Below, piece by piece: positions 20,057 through 29,836 of a stretch of DNA of 47,514 nucleotides. Within the stretch, counting starts at the first letter, position 1. Each line of letters begins with the position of its first letter. The position numbers and the translations under genes are program-made. Origin of the DNA: a candidate division CPR3 bacterium 4484_211 (GTDB lineage: Bacteria; Patescibacteriota; 4484-211); contig MZGJ01000005.1 of NCBI GenBank assembly GCA_002084955.1, positions 1 through 47,514 of the forward strand. The letters run 5' to 3'. Under the pieces are notes generated by a model. The model had not been told where the DNA came from. It ran no database searches and saw nothing but the letters and a program-made list of their open reading frames with translations.

Positions 20057-20923
20057 ATGCCGGATAAATTTAGCGCCACCTGGATTTCCTATACCTCAAT
20101 AAATGATTTTCTCACCTGTCCTCGTGCCTATTTTCTGAAAAATGTTTATCGAGACCCCAAAACCGGCCATAAAGTAAAAATTGTTACCCCTGCCCTAACA
20201 CTGGGTCAGGCAGTTCATGAAGTTTTGGAATCACTGTCCGTAATTCCAGTTGACAAAAGATTTGCAACTCCTCTTATCGCCCGGTTCGCTAAAATATGGG
20301 AAAAATACCACGGCAAAAGAGGGGGATTCCCCAGTTTAGAGGTGGAAGCAAAATATCGCCAGCGGGGACAGGAAATGATCAGACGGGTAATAAATCATCC
20401 CGGGCCTTTGGCCAATTTGGCAGTAAAAATTAATATGGATCTGCCGTACTTCTGGTTGTCCGCAGAAGACAGCATCATCCTCTGTGGGAAAATTGATTGG
20501 CTGGAATATCTACCGGAAACAGACAGTGTTCACATTATTGATTTTAAAACCAGTAAACTGCCCGAAGATTCGTCTTCACTTCAGCTGCCAATTTACTTTT
20601 TAATAGCCCAAAATTGCCAAAAACATAAAGTTGCCAAAGCAAGTTACTGGTACCTGGCCAGAAACAATACACCCACCGAAGTTCCTCTGCCCGATATTCA
20701 GGAAACAAGGGAAAAAATTTTAGGCATTGCCAAGCAGATCAAACTGGCACGTCAATTCGAAAAATTTATGTGTCCTCATAAAAATGGATGCCATGCCTGT
20801 TTGCCTTATGAAGCTATCCTTCGCAGACAGGCAGAGTTTGTCGGCACAGATAAATTAAAAAGAGACCTGTATGTTTTAGACAGATCATCTCTAAAACAGG
20901 TAAATGAAAGTACCATCCTCTAA
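20057..20923 (+). CDS. PD-(D/E)XK nuclease family protein (RecB/AddB/Cas4-like)
   Basis: SYTSI..F..CP, G..VH..LE, GKID, IIDFKT, QL.IY, C-terminal C....C..C. Confidence 0.85.
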   Translation: MPDKFSATWISYTSINDFLTCPRAYFLKNVYRDPKTGHKVKIVTPALTLGQAVHEVLESLSVIPVDKRFATPLIARFAKIWEKYHGKRGGFPSLEVEAKYRQRGQEMIRRVINHPGPLANLAVKINMDLPYFWLSAEDSIILCGKIDWLEYLPETDSVHIIDFKTSKLPEDSSSLQLPIYFLIAQNCQKHKVAKASYWYLARNNTPTEVPLPDIQETREKILGIAKQIKLARQFEKFMCPHKNGCHACLPYEAILRRQAEFVGTDKLKRDLYVLDRSSLKQVNESTIL

Positions 20924-20987
20924 ATCAACACTAGGAATAAGAAGATGTCAGCTTTGGGGATCCTTTAATGTAAATCGAAATGCACCA

Positions 20988-21062
20988 TGGCGCCCCTGGA
21001 GGGATTCGAACCCCCATCAACGGTTCCGAAGACCGTCACTTTATCCGTTAAGCTACAGGGGC
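20988..21062 (-). tRNA. tRNA-Arg(TCG)
   Basis: GCCCCTGTAGCTTAA...ACGGT-CT-TCG-GA-ACCGT...GGTTCGAATCC...G-CCA. Confidence 0.92.
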
Positions 21063-21153
21063 TAAATCTACTCTTATTCTATCATCTGCTTTTGACAAGA
21101 GCAAATAAAGGAAGGTAAAATAAAAGGCGCGAGGTTCACGTTTGATAAATCTT

Positions 21154-21237
21154 GCCGAGGTGGCGGAATTGGTAGACGCGCGAGACTTAAAATCTCGTGG
21201 TGGCAGCACCGTAAGGGTTCGATTCCCTTCCTCGGCA
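21154..21237 (+). tRNA. tRNA-Leu(TAA), CCA not encoded
   Basis: GCCGAGGTGGCGGAATTGGTAGACGCG, CGAGA-CT-TAA-AA-TCTCG, variable arm. Confidence 0.94.
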
Positions 21238-21250
21238 CAATCTCATAAAT

Positions 21251-22081
21251 ATGAAAGTTCGTCCGCCGGTCGTGGCAGGGGCCTTTTACCCCCAGGATAC
21301 TAATGAACTGCAAGCTCAGATTTATCACTTTTTAGAAAGTGTTGAAACCGTGATGAGGGAAACACCACCAATCATTATTGTTCCTCATGCCGGATATGTT
21401 TTCTCAGGTCAGGTGGCCGCCTATGGACTTAGGCAATGGAAGGGAAGCGATATCAAGACTGTTATTCTCCTGGGTAACAGCCACCAGAATTATTTTTATC
21501 AAGCCGCTCTAGACACTTCAGACCACTGGGTCACTCCATTGGGCGAAACTGAGGTAGACTTGGCACTTGGCCAAGACTTATTAGAAAAAAGCTCTCTGGT
21601 AACAGAAGATTTAAAGATTCATGCCGCGGAGCACTCTCTTGAAGTACAGCTTCCGTTTTTACAATTAATTTTAAACCAATTTAAAATTGTTCCTCTACTT
21701 TTGGGTTCGCCGTCCAAGCAAAGAGCCAAAAATCTAGCTCTCTTGCTCAAGTCCTACCTCAATCGGCAAACCGTTTTAGTGGCCAGCTCTGATCTTTCCC
21801 ACTATCCTTCTTACGAAACTGCCAACCTGGTTGATAAACAGACAATTGAGTCTATCTTGTCACTTGATGTAGACCGCTTTGAAATGACCACCGAGAGTCT
21901 AATGGCTCAAGCCTATCCCAATTTGGTTACCTGCGCCTGCGGGGCAGGAGCTATAAAAACGGCGATGTTTTTAGCTAGAGACTTGAATTTAACAGGACGG
22001 TTGCTTAAATATGCTAACTCTGGAGATGTAGGTGGAGAAAAAAGCAGAGTAGTGGGATACGGGGCAATAGCGTTCAGTTAA
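21251..22081 (+). CDS. amrB: AmmeMemoRadiSam system protein B (MEMO1 family)
   Basis: RPPVVAGAFYP, PHAGY.FSG, EHSLEVQLPFLQ, ASSDLSHY, Y.NSGD, VVGY. Confidence 0.92.
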   Translation: MKVRPPVVAGAFYPQDTNELQAQIYHFLESVETVMRETPPIIIVPHAGYVFSGQVAAYGLRQWKGSDIKTVILLGNSHQNYFYQAALDTSDHWVTPLGETEVDLALGQDLLEKSSLVTEDLKIHAAEHSLEVQLPFLQLILNQFKIVPLLLGSPSKQRAKNLALLLKSYLNRQTVLVASSDLSHYPSYETANLVDKQTIESILSLDVDRFEMTTESLMAQAYPNLVTCACGAGAIKTAMFLARDLNLTGRLLKYANSGDVGGEKSRVVGYGAIAFS

Positions 22082-22097
22082 AAAATAAAAGTGAAAA

Positions 22098-22652
22098 ATG
22101 AAAAATCTCAAAGAACTCCTCAAGATCGCTCGTCAAACTCTGGAAGAATACGTTAAAACCGGGCGGATACCAAGAATTGAGGTTCAAAACGAGGCCTTGC
22201 GGCAACCTCATGGAGCTTTTGTTACCCTCCGCAAAAATGATAAACTACGCGGTTGCATTGGCATTTTAGAATCAAATCAACCGCTTTGGCAGGTAATTCA
22301 GCAACAGACCATTGCTGCTGCCGCCCAAGATCCACGGTTTCCACCAGTCTCCGAAAGCGAATTAAAAGATATTAAGATTGAGATTTCAGTTCTATCTCCC
22401 TTGCAAAAAGTTAACTCTTGGAAAGAAATTGAACTTGGCAAACACGGCGTAGTCATAGAGCAGGGGAGTCGGCGAGGCGTTTTCTTGCCTCAGGTAGCCA
22501 AAGAGACCGGTTGGGACCTTAAGACTTTCCTCGGCCAATTGTGCTTTCAAAAAGCTGGCCTTCCCTGGAATGCCTACCAAAATCCCCAGACAAATATCTA
22601 CATTTTCAGTACAAAGACGGCAAGTGAATCAGATTCCTCCCAATCTTATTAA
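22098..22652 (+). CDS. amrA: AmmeMemoRadiSam system protein A (AMMECR1 family)
   Basis: GAFVTL, LRGCIG, DPRF.PV, EISVLS, FLPQVA. Confidence 0.93.
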   Translation: MKNLKELLKIARQTLEEYVKTGRIPRIEVQNEALRQPHGAFVTLRKNDKLRGCIGILESNQPLWQVIQQQTIAAAAQDPRFPPVSESELKDIKIEISVLSPLQKVNSWKEIELGKHGVVIEQGSRRGVFLPQVAKETGWDLKTFLGQLCFQKAGLPWNAYQNPQTNIYIFSTKTASESDSSQSY

Positions 22653-23077
22653 AAGGGCATGTCGTCAATTTCTTTCTCTGGCGGGACAGTTTCGCCTGTC
22701 GGTTCTTCTATCTTAGCCGATTGCGGAGGCGATGCTATTCCCTCGCCTTTAGCTTTAGGAATTACAAAATTCCTCACTACTACTTCGGTTGTGTAGCGAT
22801 CCTGCCCTTCTTTATCCTGCCACTTTCTCGTCTGCAGCCTGCCATCAACATAGATATAATTGCCCTTGGTCACATTCTGGCTAATGTATTCTGCCGCCTT
22901 CGCCCAAACTACGCACCGTGTAAACTCTGGCACCTCTTTCCACTCATCTCCTTCCCGGTAAGATCTGCTGGTAGCAATATTTAAAGTACAAACCGGCGTG
23001 CCATTAGCCGTATATCTTAATTCCGGATCCTGCGCACACCTGCCCAGCAGGGTTACATTATTGATACTAAAAGCCAT
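22649..23077 (-). CDS. ssb: Single-stranded DNA-binding protein
   Basis: N.V.LLGR..DPELRYT, GRLQTRKW, acidic C-tail DDMPF. Confidence 0.96.
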   Translation of the reverse strand: MAFSINNVTLLGRCAQDPELRYTANGTPVCTLNIATSRSYREGDEWKEVPEFTRCVVWAKAAEYISQNVTKGNYIYVDGRLQTRKWQDKEGQDRYTTEVVVRNFVIPKAKGEGIASPPQSAKIEEPTGETVPPEKEIDDMPF

Positions 23078-23350
23078 ACTTAATCACCACCCTTCAATGA
23101 TATAACATTAATAGACGAATTATTACCGACACTTTTTCAGATATAATTAATCTATACTTAACAAAATTACCATACTGCTTTCCTCTAGCATATTGACCCA
23201 ACTTGTTGTGTGCTTCAAAGCAAATTCCAGCAGCCGTGTACGATAAATTTGGATAAATTAATTCTTTCTTAGGCGCTATTAGCGTTCATTTGCATCATTC
23301 GCATTCGCTAGTATATTGGTATTGTACTGTGATTATTGTACAATACCTTT

Positions 23351-24415
23351 ATGACTCTTTCCATCGGCATCGTGGGGCTGCCCAACGTAGGTAAATCTAC
23401 TCTTTTTAACGCCCTTCTTTCCAAACAGATTGCCGATACTTCTCCTTATCCTTTTTGCACCAAAGAGCCTAATGTGGGCGTCGTAGAAATACCAGATTCC
23501 CGCCCGCAAAAACTGTCTAAAATGGAAAAATCGAAAAGAGTTGTTCCGGCAGTGATTAAATTTGTGGACATTGCCGGCTTGGTTAAGGATGCCCACAAGG
23601 GTGCCGGGCTGGGCAATCAATTTCTAGCTCATATCAGAGAAGTAGACGCCATTATACATGTTTTAAGACTCTTCAAAAATGAATCAGTCGGCAAGGCAGG
23701 TAAAATTAAGCCTACTTTAGATTACCAAACCGTAGCCACCGAATTAATTTTTGCCGACTTGGCCACTTTAGAAAAGCAAAAAAAGCCTAAACCACCGCAG
23801 ATTACCAAAGAAGACCAATCTCGGTGGGAAGTTATCCAAAGAGCAAAAAAGCTTTTAAATGACGGTACCACTTTAGTTCGCAGTGATCTATCGGACAAAG
23901 AAAAGGCTCTTCTGTCCTCACTACACCTCTTAACTCTAAAACCAGAGCTGATCGTTTTAAACATTGACGAGTCTCAATACTCGAAACAAAAAGAAATTCT
24001 TGACCAATTTGCCGCCTTTGATGCGGTGGCAATTTGCGCCAGGCTGGAATGTGACCTCGGGGAACTCAACGATGAAGAACGGCGGGAATATCTGCAAACT
24101 CTAAATCTTGCCCACTATGGGCTGGAGCAGTTAATTCTCAAAACGTTTAAATTGCTAAATCTGGTCACTTTTTTTACAGTTAACCAAAACGAGGCGCATA
24201 GCTGGATAGTAAAAGAAGGGACTACAGCTCTAAATGCTGCCGGAGAAATCCATACTGACATGCAGAAAGGTTTTATTAAAGCTGCGGTTTGTCCATTTGA
24301 GACTTTTATAAAACATGGGGGATGGAAAAAGTCTCTAGAAGATGGAGCAGTGAGGTTTGAAGGTAAAGACTATTTAGTGCAGGAAGGAGACGTGGTTGAG
24401 TTTAGATTTAAGTAA
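23351..24415 (+). CDS. ychF: Redox-regulated ATPase YchF (Obg family)
   Basis: GIVGLPNVGKST, YPFCT.EPN, DIAGLV, GLGNQFL, EGKDY.V..GD. Confidence 0.95.
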   Translation: MTLSIGIVGLPNVGKSTLFNALLSKQIADTSPYPFCTKEPNVGVVEIPDSRPQKLSKMEKSKRVVPAVIKFVDIAGLVKDAHKGAGLGNQFLAHIREVDAIIHVLRLFKNESVGKAGKIKPTLDYQTVATELIFADLATLEKQKKPKPPQITKEDQSRWEVIQRAKKLLNDGTTLVRSDLSDKEKALLSSLHLLTLKPELIVLNIDESQYSKQKEILDQFAAFDAVAICARLECDLGELNDEERREYLQTLNLAHYGLEQLILKTFKLLNLVTFFTVNQNEAHSWIVKEGTTALNAAGEIHTDMQKGFIKAAVCPFETFIKHGGWKKSLEDGAVRFEGKDYLVQEGDVVEFRFK

Positions 24416-24443
24416 GAAACTTAACTCCGCAACCTCAAACTTG

Positions 24444-25265
24444 CTACACCTGGGATGCAAAATTAAGACAGACGCGGGTGAAGGTGTCTGGATCTTCAAA
24501 CATAGGAATATGAGCCAGGTGATTAAAAATCTCAACTTTAGGATTGGGCAATAAAGAGGCAATACGTTCAGCGTGAAAGACAGGAATTACCCTGTCTTTT
24601 CTGCCCCAAATTAGCAAGGTTCGCACTTTAACCTCTCTAAAAACTCTCTCCAGGCCTGCGTACCTAATCTGGTGCAGAATTTCCCCTGTGGCGCGGCAGG
24701 TACACCAATCCTCCAAAATCTGGTTTAAAATCTCTTTTCTTTGAAGGTGCGGATTGCCAAAGAGGTGATAGTAATTTAAAACAATCTGCGGAAATGACAA
24801 AGGCAGGAATTTCAACAATTGTCTTCTTAACTCAGAGGGTAGGCGCGTTAGCTGTAAAACCAAAGGTAAATGGAAGGGCAGACCCACCGTATTGGCTAAA
24901 ATAAGCGTTTTTACTTCAGGAAGACGAGTAGCCAAAATGGCGGCAACCCCGCCGCCCATAGACGAGCCGACAAGCGTAATTCTTTCCAAACGCAGTTTGT
25001 TGATTACCTCTTCATAATCCTCCGCCAGAGACCAAAATACATTTGGCCTTCTCTGATAATATTCCAGATCCTTAGGTAGTTCAAAGGCGATGACACGGAA
25101 ATTTTTTACCAAAACGGGGAAACTTTGCGTCCAAATAAAAGAAGAAGATGCCCACCCGTGAAACAAAACCATCGGCCATCCCCACCCCTTGTCGTAGTAG
25201 GTAATAATCTCACCAGAGTTCAGACGAAATTCTTTTTTAAAAGAAAGAAATTCCTGATAGGTCAT
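24444..25265 (-). CDS. Alpha/beta hydrolase
   Basis: HGW oxyanion motif, GSSMGG nucleophile elbow, WGRKD, late His. Confidence 0.88.
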   Translation of the reverse strand: MTYQEFLSFKKEFRLNSGEIITYYDKGWGWPMVLFHGWASSSFIWTQSFPVLVKNFRVIAFELPKDLEYYQRRPNVFWSLAEDYEEVINKLRLERITLVGSSMGGGVAAILATRLPEVKTLILANTVGLPFHLPLVLQLTRLPSELRRQLLKFLPLSFPQIVLNYYHLFGNPHLQRKEILNQILEDWCTCRATGEILHQIRYAGLERVFREVKVRTLLIWGRKDRVIPVFHAERIASLLPNPKVEIFNHLAHIPMFEDPDTFTRVCLNFASQV

Positions 25266-25412
25266 AAAAATACCCCTCAGATGTCAGCTGTCAGCGTATT
25301 TTTATATTACCACTTCTAAACCACTCTATTTTTTTATTTCTTTACCCGCGTACCAGAAAACCGCCAGTACCAGAAACTAAAAGAACATGATAGAATACGA
25401 GAGATCTTTTTT

Positions 25413-25486
25413 TGCCGGGTCGTCTAAGGGTAGGACAGCGGGTTTTGGGCCCGTTAATCGTGGTTCGAATCCACGCCCGGCAGCCA
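25413..25486 (+). tRNA. tRNA-Gln(TTG)
   Basis: TGCCGGG acceptor stem, GCGGG-TT-TTG-GG-CCCGT, GGTTCGAATCC, G-CCA. Confidence 0.93.
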
Positions 25487-25503
25487 GCCAAGTAGGAGCA
25501 AAC

Positions 25504-26392
25504 TAAGAACTGTTCTTAAAATAGCTTAGACATAAACAAAAAGTTAGACTCCTGGTACAATTAAAAATGCCCTCACCGAACATTTTAAAAGATTACTTTT
25601 CCAATGCCTACTATCACATCTATAACAGGGGTATCAACAAACAGGACATATTTAAACATCCCGATGATTATGAAAAGTTTATCGACCACTTTAAATTGTG
25701 TCTAACCCCGGTGCAAAAGTTAATAGAAGAAAAAAATGAACTTATCGTCAAAAAGGGTCCTACCCGTAGGATAGAACAGTTAATTAATGCCATTAATAAG
25801 GGACTTAAATACAGAACAGATAAAAACATCAGCTTACTTGCCTACTGTCTAATGCCTAACCATTTTCACCTACTTGTCTTTCAAAAAACCAAAGATGCCA
25901 TTACAATATTAATGAAAAGATTGGTTACCGGATATACCGGCTATTTTAATCATAAGTACAAAAGGCGCGGCCCGCTATTCGAAAGCCGCTATAAAGCCTG
26001 CCATTTTACCATTGATCCCCGAATTCAAACCTTATTGACCTGCAGATACATAGAAAGAAATCCTCTGGCGGCAAACATAATCAACATTAACAAACTCCAT
26101 CGCTATCCTTATTCAAGTTTGCAATTTTATGGGAATAGTCGAAAAATGAAGCCAGTCAAACCAATTTGGTTAAGTACCTTAAGGCTAAAAAGAATTTTTA
26201 GTAAGATAAAGCAGAGTCCCAACGGTCCAATTGAAAATCAAATTGCCAAAAAAGAAACTTATCTGGAGTTTGTTACGGGTGATTTACTTTTTAACACAGA
26301 AGACGTCCGCTTGGTAAATATGTTTGAATAATTAATTGTACCAGATTGTAGCGCTTTACGCGCAGTAGCAAGCATTTTAAGAACAGTTCTTA
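25504..26392. mobile_element. RAYT locus bounded by inverted REP-like repeats
   Basis: TAAGAACTGTTCTTAAAAT at 25504-25522 with exact reverse complement at 26374-26392; CTGGTACAATTAA at 25552-25564 with reverse complement at 26332-26344. Confidence 0.75.
25567..26331 (+). CDS. REP-associated tyrosine transposase (Y1 HUH, IS200-like)
   Basis: YYHIYNRG..K..IF, AYCLMPNHFHLL (HUH), GPLFESRYK, RYIERNP (catalytic Tyr), YPYSS. Confidence 0.9.
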   Translation: MPSPNILKDYFSNAYYHIYNRGINKQDIFKHPDDYEKFIDHFKLCLTPVQKLIEEKNELIVKKGPTRRIEQLINAINKGLKYRTDKNISLLAYCLMPNHFHLLVFQKTKDAITILMKRLVTGYTGYFNHKYKRRGPLFESRYKACHFTIDPRIQTLLTCRYIERNPLAANIININKLHRYPYSSLQFYGNSRKMKPVKPIWLSTLRLKRIFSKIKQSPNGPIENQIAKKETYLEFVTGDLLFNTEDVRLVNMFE

Positions 26393-29346
26393 TGGGGCGC
26401 AATATATCTATCCGCGGAGCGCGGGAACACAACTTAAAAAATATTAATTTAGACATCCCCAAACAAAAACTAATCGTTTTCACCGGTATCTCCGGGAGCG
26501 GTAAGTCATCATTGGCTTTTGATACTATCTACGCCGAAGGACAAAGGAGATATGTCGAATCCTTGTCTCCCTATGCCCGCCAATTTTTGGGCATTATGGA
26601 CAAGCCGGATGTGGATCGAATTGAAGGCCTGGCTCCTTCCATCTCCATCGGACAAAAGGAAATCTCTCACAATCCTCGTTCTACCGTGGGAACAATCACC
26701 GAAACTTACGATTTCCTGCGCCTGCTCTTCGCCAGAATTGGCCACCCTCACTGCCCTCAGTGCAGCCAGGAAATCCAAACCCAAACTCCTCAGCAGATTG
26801 TTGACCAGATTACCTCTTTAATAAAGCGCGAACTTGGCAAAACCGTGAATAAAAAACGCGGGGTGCGGATAATTATCCTTTCCCCATTAGTCAAGGATCG
26901 TAAAGGAGAATACAGCGCCCTACTGGGGGAACTTCTCAGAAAAGGCTTTACCCATGCTCGGATTGACCGCCAAGTCCGCCGGCTTGACGAGGATTTGGTT
27001 TTAATCCGAACTAACCGCCACACCATCGAAGCTGTAGTAGACCGACTGGTAATAAAAAAAAGCCTAGATCAGGAACTAAAAAGAAGATTAACCGATTCCG
27101 TGGAAAAAGCCCTAAAATTAAGCAACGGCACTCTCATTGTCTCCTTGGTTAACGACTCTTCTTTTGATTTTCCCCAAAGCCCCCAAGATATGAAAGATCA
27201 CCTTTTTTCTGAACTCTTTGCCTGCCCTAAATGCAATATCAGCCTTCCCCAACTAGAGCCGCGCACCTTTTCGTTTAATTCACCTCACGGCGCGTGTCCA
27301 CTTTGCGGAGGGTTAGGCATACAACTTAAAATAGACCCGACCAAAGTTTACAATCCTAATTTAACCATCAACGAAGGCGGAATTTATCCCTGGTCATCTA
27401 TCGGCGACAGCAATAGCTGGATAGGCCGGCTGTTGGAAGCTCTATCCCAAACTTACCATTTCTCACTGGATATGCCAATCAAGGAATTGCCAGAAAAAAT
27501 CTTGGAAATCATTTTATTTGGCGCCGGAGACAAAACTTTCACAGTTAAAGCCTACAGCCGCTCGGGAAGTGTCCGAGAATACCGCACCAAATTTGAGGGC
27601 GTGGTCAACAATCTTGAACGCCGCTACCGCGAAACTAATTCCGATCAAATCCGCCGTTGGATTGAAAAATTTATGAAGCAAACAATATGTCCCAAATGCC
27701 AAGGGACGCGCCTTAAACCCGCTGCTCTGTCTGTAACCATAAAGGGCAAAAATATTGCCGAGATTTCTGCTTTGTCAATTAACGAATTTAAAAACTGGAT
27801 CGACGAACTTAAGGAAATAGAAGCAGTCCCTCGGGAGAGGTCTCCCCTAACTGAACGGGAAAGACAAATTGCCAGACCGATTATAAAAGAACTAACCAGC
27901 CGAGTAAGATTTTTAACCGATGTCGGTTTAGGCTATTTGACTCTCAACCGAACCGGATTTACCCTCTCTACCGGCGAAGCCCAGCGAATTAGACTAGCCT
28001 CACAGATCGGATCTGGGCTTTCCGGAGTTTTATATGTTTTGGACGAGCCCTCTATTGGTCTTCACTACCGTGACCACAAACGTCTGCTTGATACTTTAAC
28101 CAATTTAAGAGATTTAGATAACACGGTGATCGTGGTGGAACATGACCCGCAGACTATTCGCCGCGCCGACTGGATTGCGGATTTTGGCCCCCTGGCCGGA
28201 GAAAAAGGAGGTGAAATTGTCGCCTGTGGCACTCTAGACGATATTATCAATTCTCCCAGGTCTATTACCGGCCAGTATTTAAGCGGCAAAAAAACAGTAA
28301 AAATTATCAAAAAAACCACCGAAAGTCTCCCGAGCGCCGAAAAGCCCCAGCCAGTTATTAAACTCATCGGCTGCTGTCAGCACAACCTAAATAACATAGA
28401 TGTGGTTTTCCCTCTGGGCAAGTTCGTCTGCGTTACCGGAGTCTCCGGAAGCGGCAAGTCTACTCTGGTTATGGACACTTTGTACAAAAGACTAGCCCGA
28501 GAATTTTACCAAACCCAAGAAGTCCCAGGCAAACACCGCGCGATACAAGGGCTGGAACACATTAACAGAGTAATTAATATTGACCAATCACCCATCGGCC
28601 GCACCCCTCGTTCTAACCCGGCCACCTACACCGGCGCTTTCACTCCTATTCGGGAGCTCTTTGCCCAAACACCTGAGGCTCGGGCGCGCGGTTATCTAAA
28701 AGGAAGATTCTCGTTTAATGTTAAGGGAGGCAGGTGCGAAAATTGCCAAGGAGACGGACTAATAAAAATTGAAATGCAGTTTTTATCAGATGTCTATGTG
28801 GAATGTGAAGTCTGCAGGGGATTAAGATATAACCGAGAAACTTTGGAAATAAAATATAAAAACAAAAATATCGCCGAAGTTTTGGAGATGAGCGTAGACA
28901 GCGCCCTAGATTTCTTTAAAAATATCCCCTCCATAAAGCAGAAATTGAACACCCTCTCGCAAGTGGGCCTAGGGTATATTAAACTCGGGCAACCGGCGCC
29001 GACTCTATCCGGCGGCGAAGCACAACGGGTAAAACTTGCCAAAGAATTATCCAAAACCTCACGTGGACACACAGTTTATATTCTGGATGAACCAACTACC
29101 GGACTTCACTCCTATGATATTGAAAGATTGCTTCGGGTTCTGCATCAATTAGTAGACCAGGGAAACACAATTATCGTCATTGAGCACAATATGGATATAA
29201 TTAAAACTGCCGACTGGATTATAGATCTAGGCCCGGAAGGCGGTAATATGGGCGGCCGCATTGTCGCCCAAGGCTGCAAAGAAGAAATTATGAAATGCAA
29301 AAAATCATATACCGGGAAATATCTTAAAGAATATCTAGGTATCTAA
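26392..29346 (+). CDS. uvrA: Excinuclease ABC subunit A
   Basis: GAREHNLKN, two Walker A motifs (G.SGSGKS), zinc fingers, LSGGEAQR, GRTPRSNPATY. Confidence 0.98.
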   Translation: MGRNISIRGAREHNLKNINLDIPKQKLIVFTGISGSGKSSLAFDTIYAEGQRRYVESLSPYARQFLGIMDKPDVDRIEGLAPSISIGQKEISHNPRSTVGTITETYDFLRLLFARIGHPHCPQCSQEIQTQTPQQIVDQITSLIKRELGKTVNKKRGVRIIILSPLVKDRKGEYSALLGELLRKGFTHARIDRQVRRLDEDLVLIRTNRHTIEAVVDRLVIKKSLDQELKRRLTDSVEKALKLSNGTLIVSLVNDSSFDFPQSPQDMKDHLFSELFACPKCNISLPQLEPRTFSFNSPHGACPLCGGLGIQLKIDPTKVYNPNLTINEGGIYPWSSIGDSNSWIGRLLEALSQTYHFSLDMPIKELPEKILEIILFGAGDKTFTVKAYSRSGSVREYRTKFEGVVNNLERRYRETNSDQIRRWIEKFMKQTICPKCQGTRLKPAALSVTIKGKNIAEISALSINEFKNWIDELKEIEAVPRERSPLTERERQIARPIIKELTSRVRFLTDVGLGYLTLNRTGFTLSTGEAQRIRLASQIGSGLSGVLYVLDEPSIGLHYRDHKRLLDTLTNLRDLDNTVIVVEHDPQTIRRADWIADFGPLAGEKGGEIVACGTLDDIINSPRSITGQYLSGKKTVKIIKKTTESLPSAEKPQPVIKLIGCCQHNLNNIDVVFPLGKFVCVTGVSGSGKSTLVMDTLYKRLAREFYQTQEVPGKHRAIQGLEHINRVINIDQSPIGRTPRSNPATYTGAFTPIRELFAQTPEARARGYLKGRFSFNVKGGRCENCQGDGLIKIEMQFLSDVYVECEVCRGLRYNRETLEIKYKNKNIAEVLEMSVDSALDFFKNIPSIKQKLNTLSQVGLGYIKLGQPAPTLSGGEAQRVKLAKELSKTSRGHTVYILDEPTTGLHSYDIERLLRVLHQLVDQGNTIIVIEHNMDIIKTADWIIDLGPEGGNMGGRIVAQGCKEEIMKCKKSYTGKYLKEYLGI

Positions 29347-29414
29347 ATGCAATTTTTTCTAGGTTGATGCAGAATAAATTCTGCTACTACCAATAAAGTG
29401 TAACAGGGAACTCT

Positions 29415-29590
29415 TGCCGTACACCCCTGCAGTGCTGCGGTCAGTCCGCGCTTGAGGAACGCAGACTAAAGTCTGCCGTTACAGTTAGGCCTTGAAATTA
29501 TGTCCCAGTCATAACGACAATAACCAAGCACCAAATTACAAACAAATCCTAAATTCAAAATTCAAATAACTAAAACTTTCCCGTGTTGCG
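29415..29590 (+). repeat. Composite dispersed element (GCCGT...CTGCGGTCAGTC module + GCAGACT palindrome + CAAAT-periodic core), copy 2
   Basis: About 29470-29585 aligns by eye with the reverse complement of about 45569-45676. Confidence 0.8.
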
Positions 29591-29646
29591 TCCGCTTCCG
29601 GGGCGGGGGAGCTTCAATGACAATAGCCTAACTCCCCAAGCCGCAA

Positions 29647-29748
29647 AAAGATGATAGACTAGTCTATCATCTTTAACAAAAAAATACCCCTCTAATTCCC
29701 TGCAGTAACAACAAAAAGGTCCTGGTATGATAGACTAGTCTATCATAC
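29647..29748. repeat. Doublet of perfect palindromes with core ATGATAGACTAGTCTATCAT
   Basis: 28-bp perfect palindrome at 29647-29674 and 24-bp at 29725-29748. Confidence 0.92.
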
Positions 29749-29836
29749 TGTTTCTCTCACCTACACACCTCTTTTACAATCTTCTTTCATCATGTAGAAT
29801 TAAAGCACTAAATTGCCAAGCCAGTAAGTTGCATCA

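Noticed and set aside
20057-20923. Cas4 of a CRISPR system
   Set aside because: Solo PD-(D/E)XK nuclease with no cas1/cas2 or array nearby.
26378-26392. LexA/SOS box before uvrA
   Set aside because: GAAC and GTTC are 1 nt apart, not the 4 nt of the Gram-positive box; better explained as the RAYT-flanking repeat.
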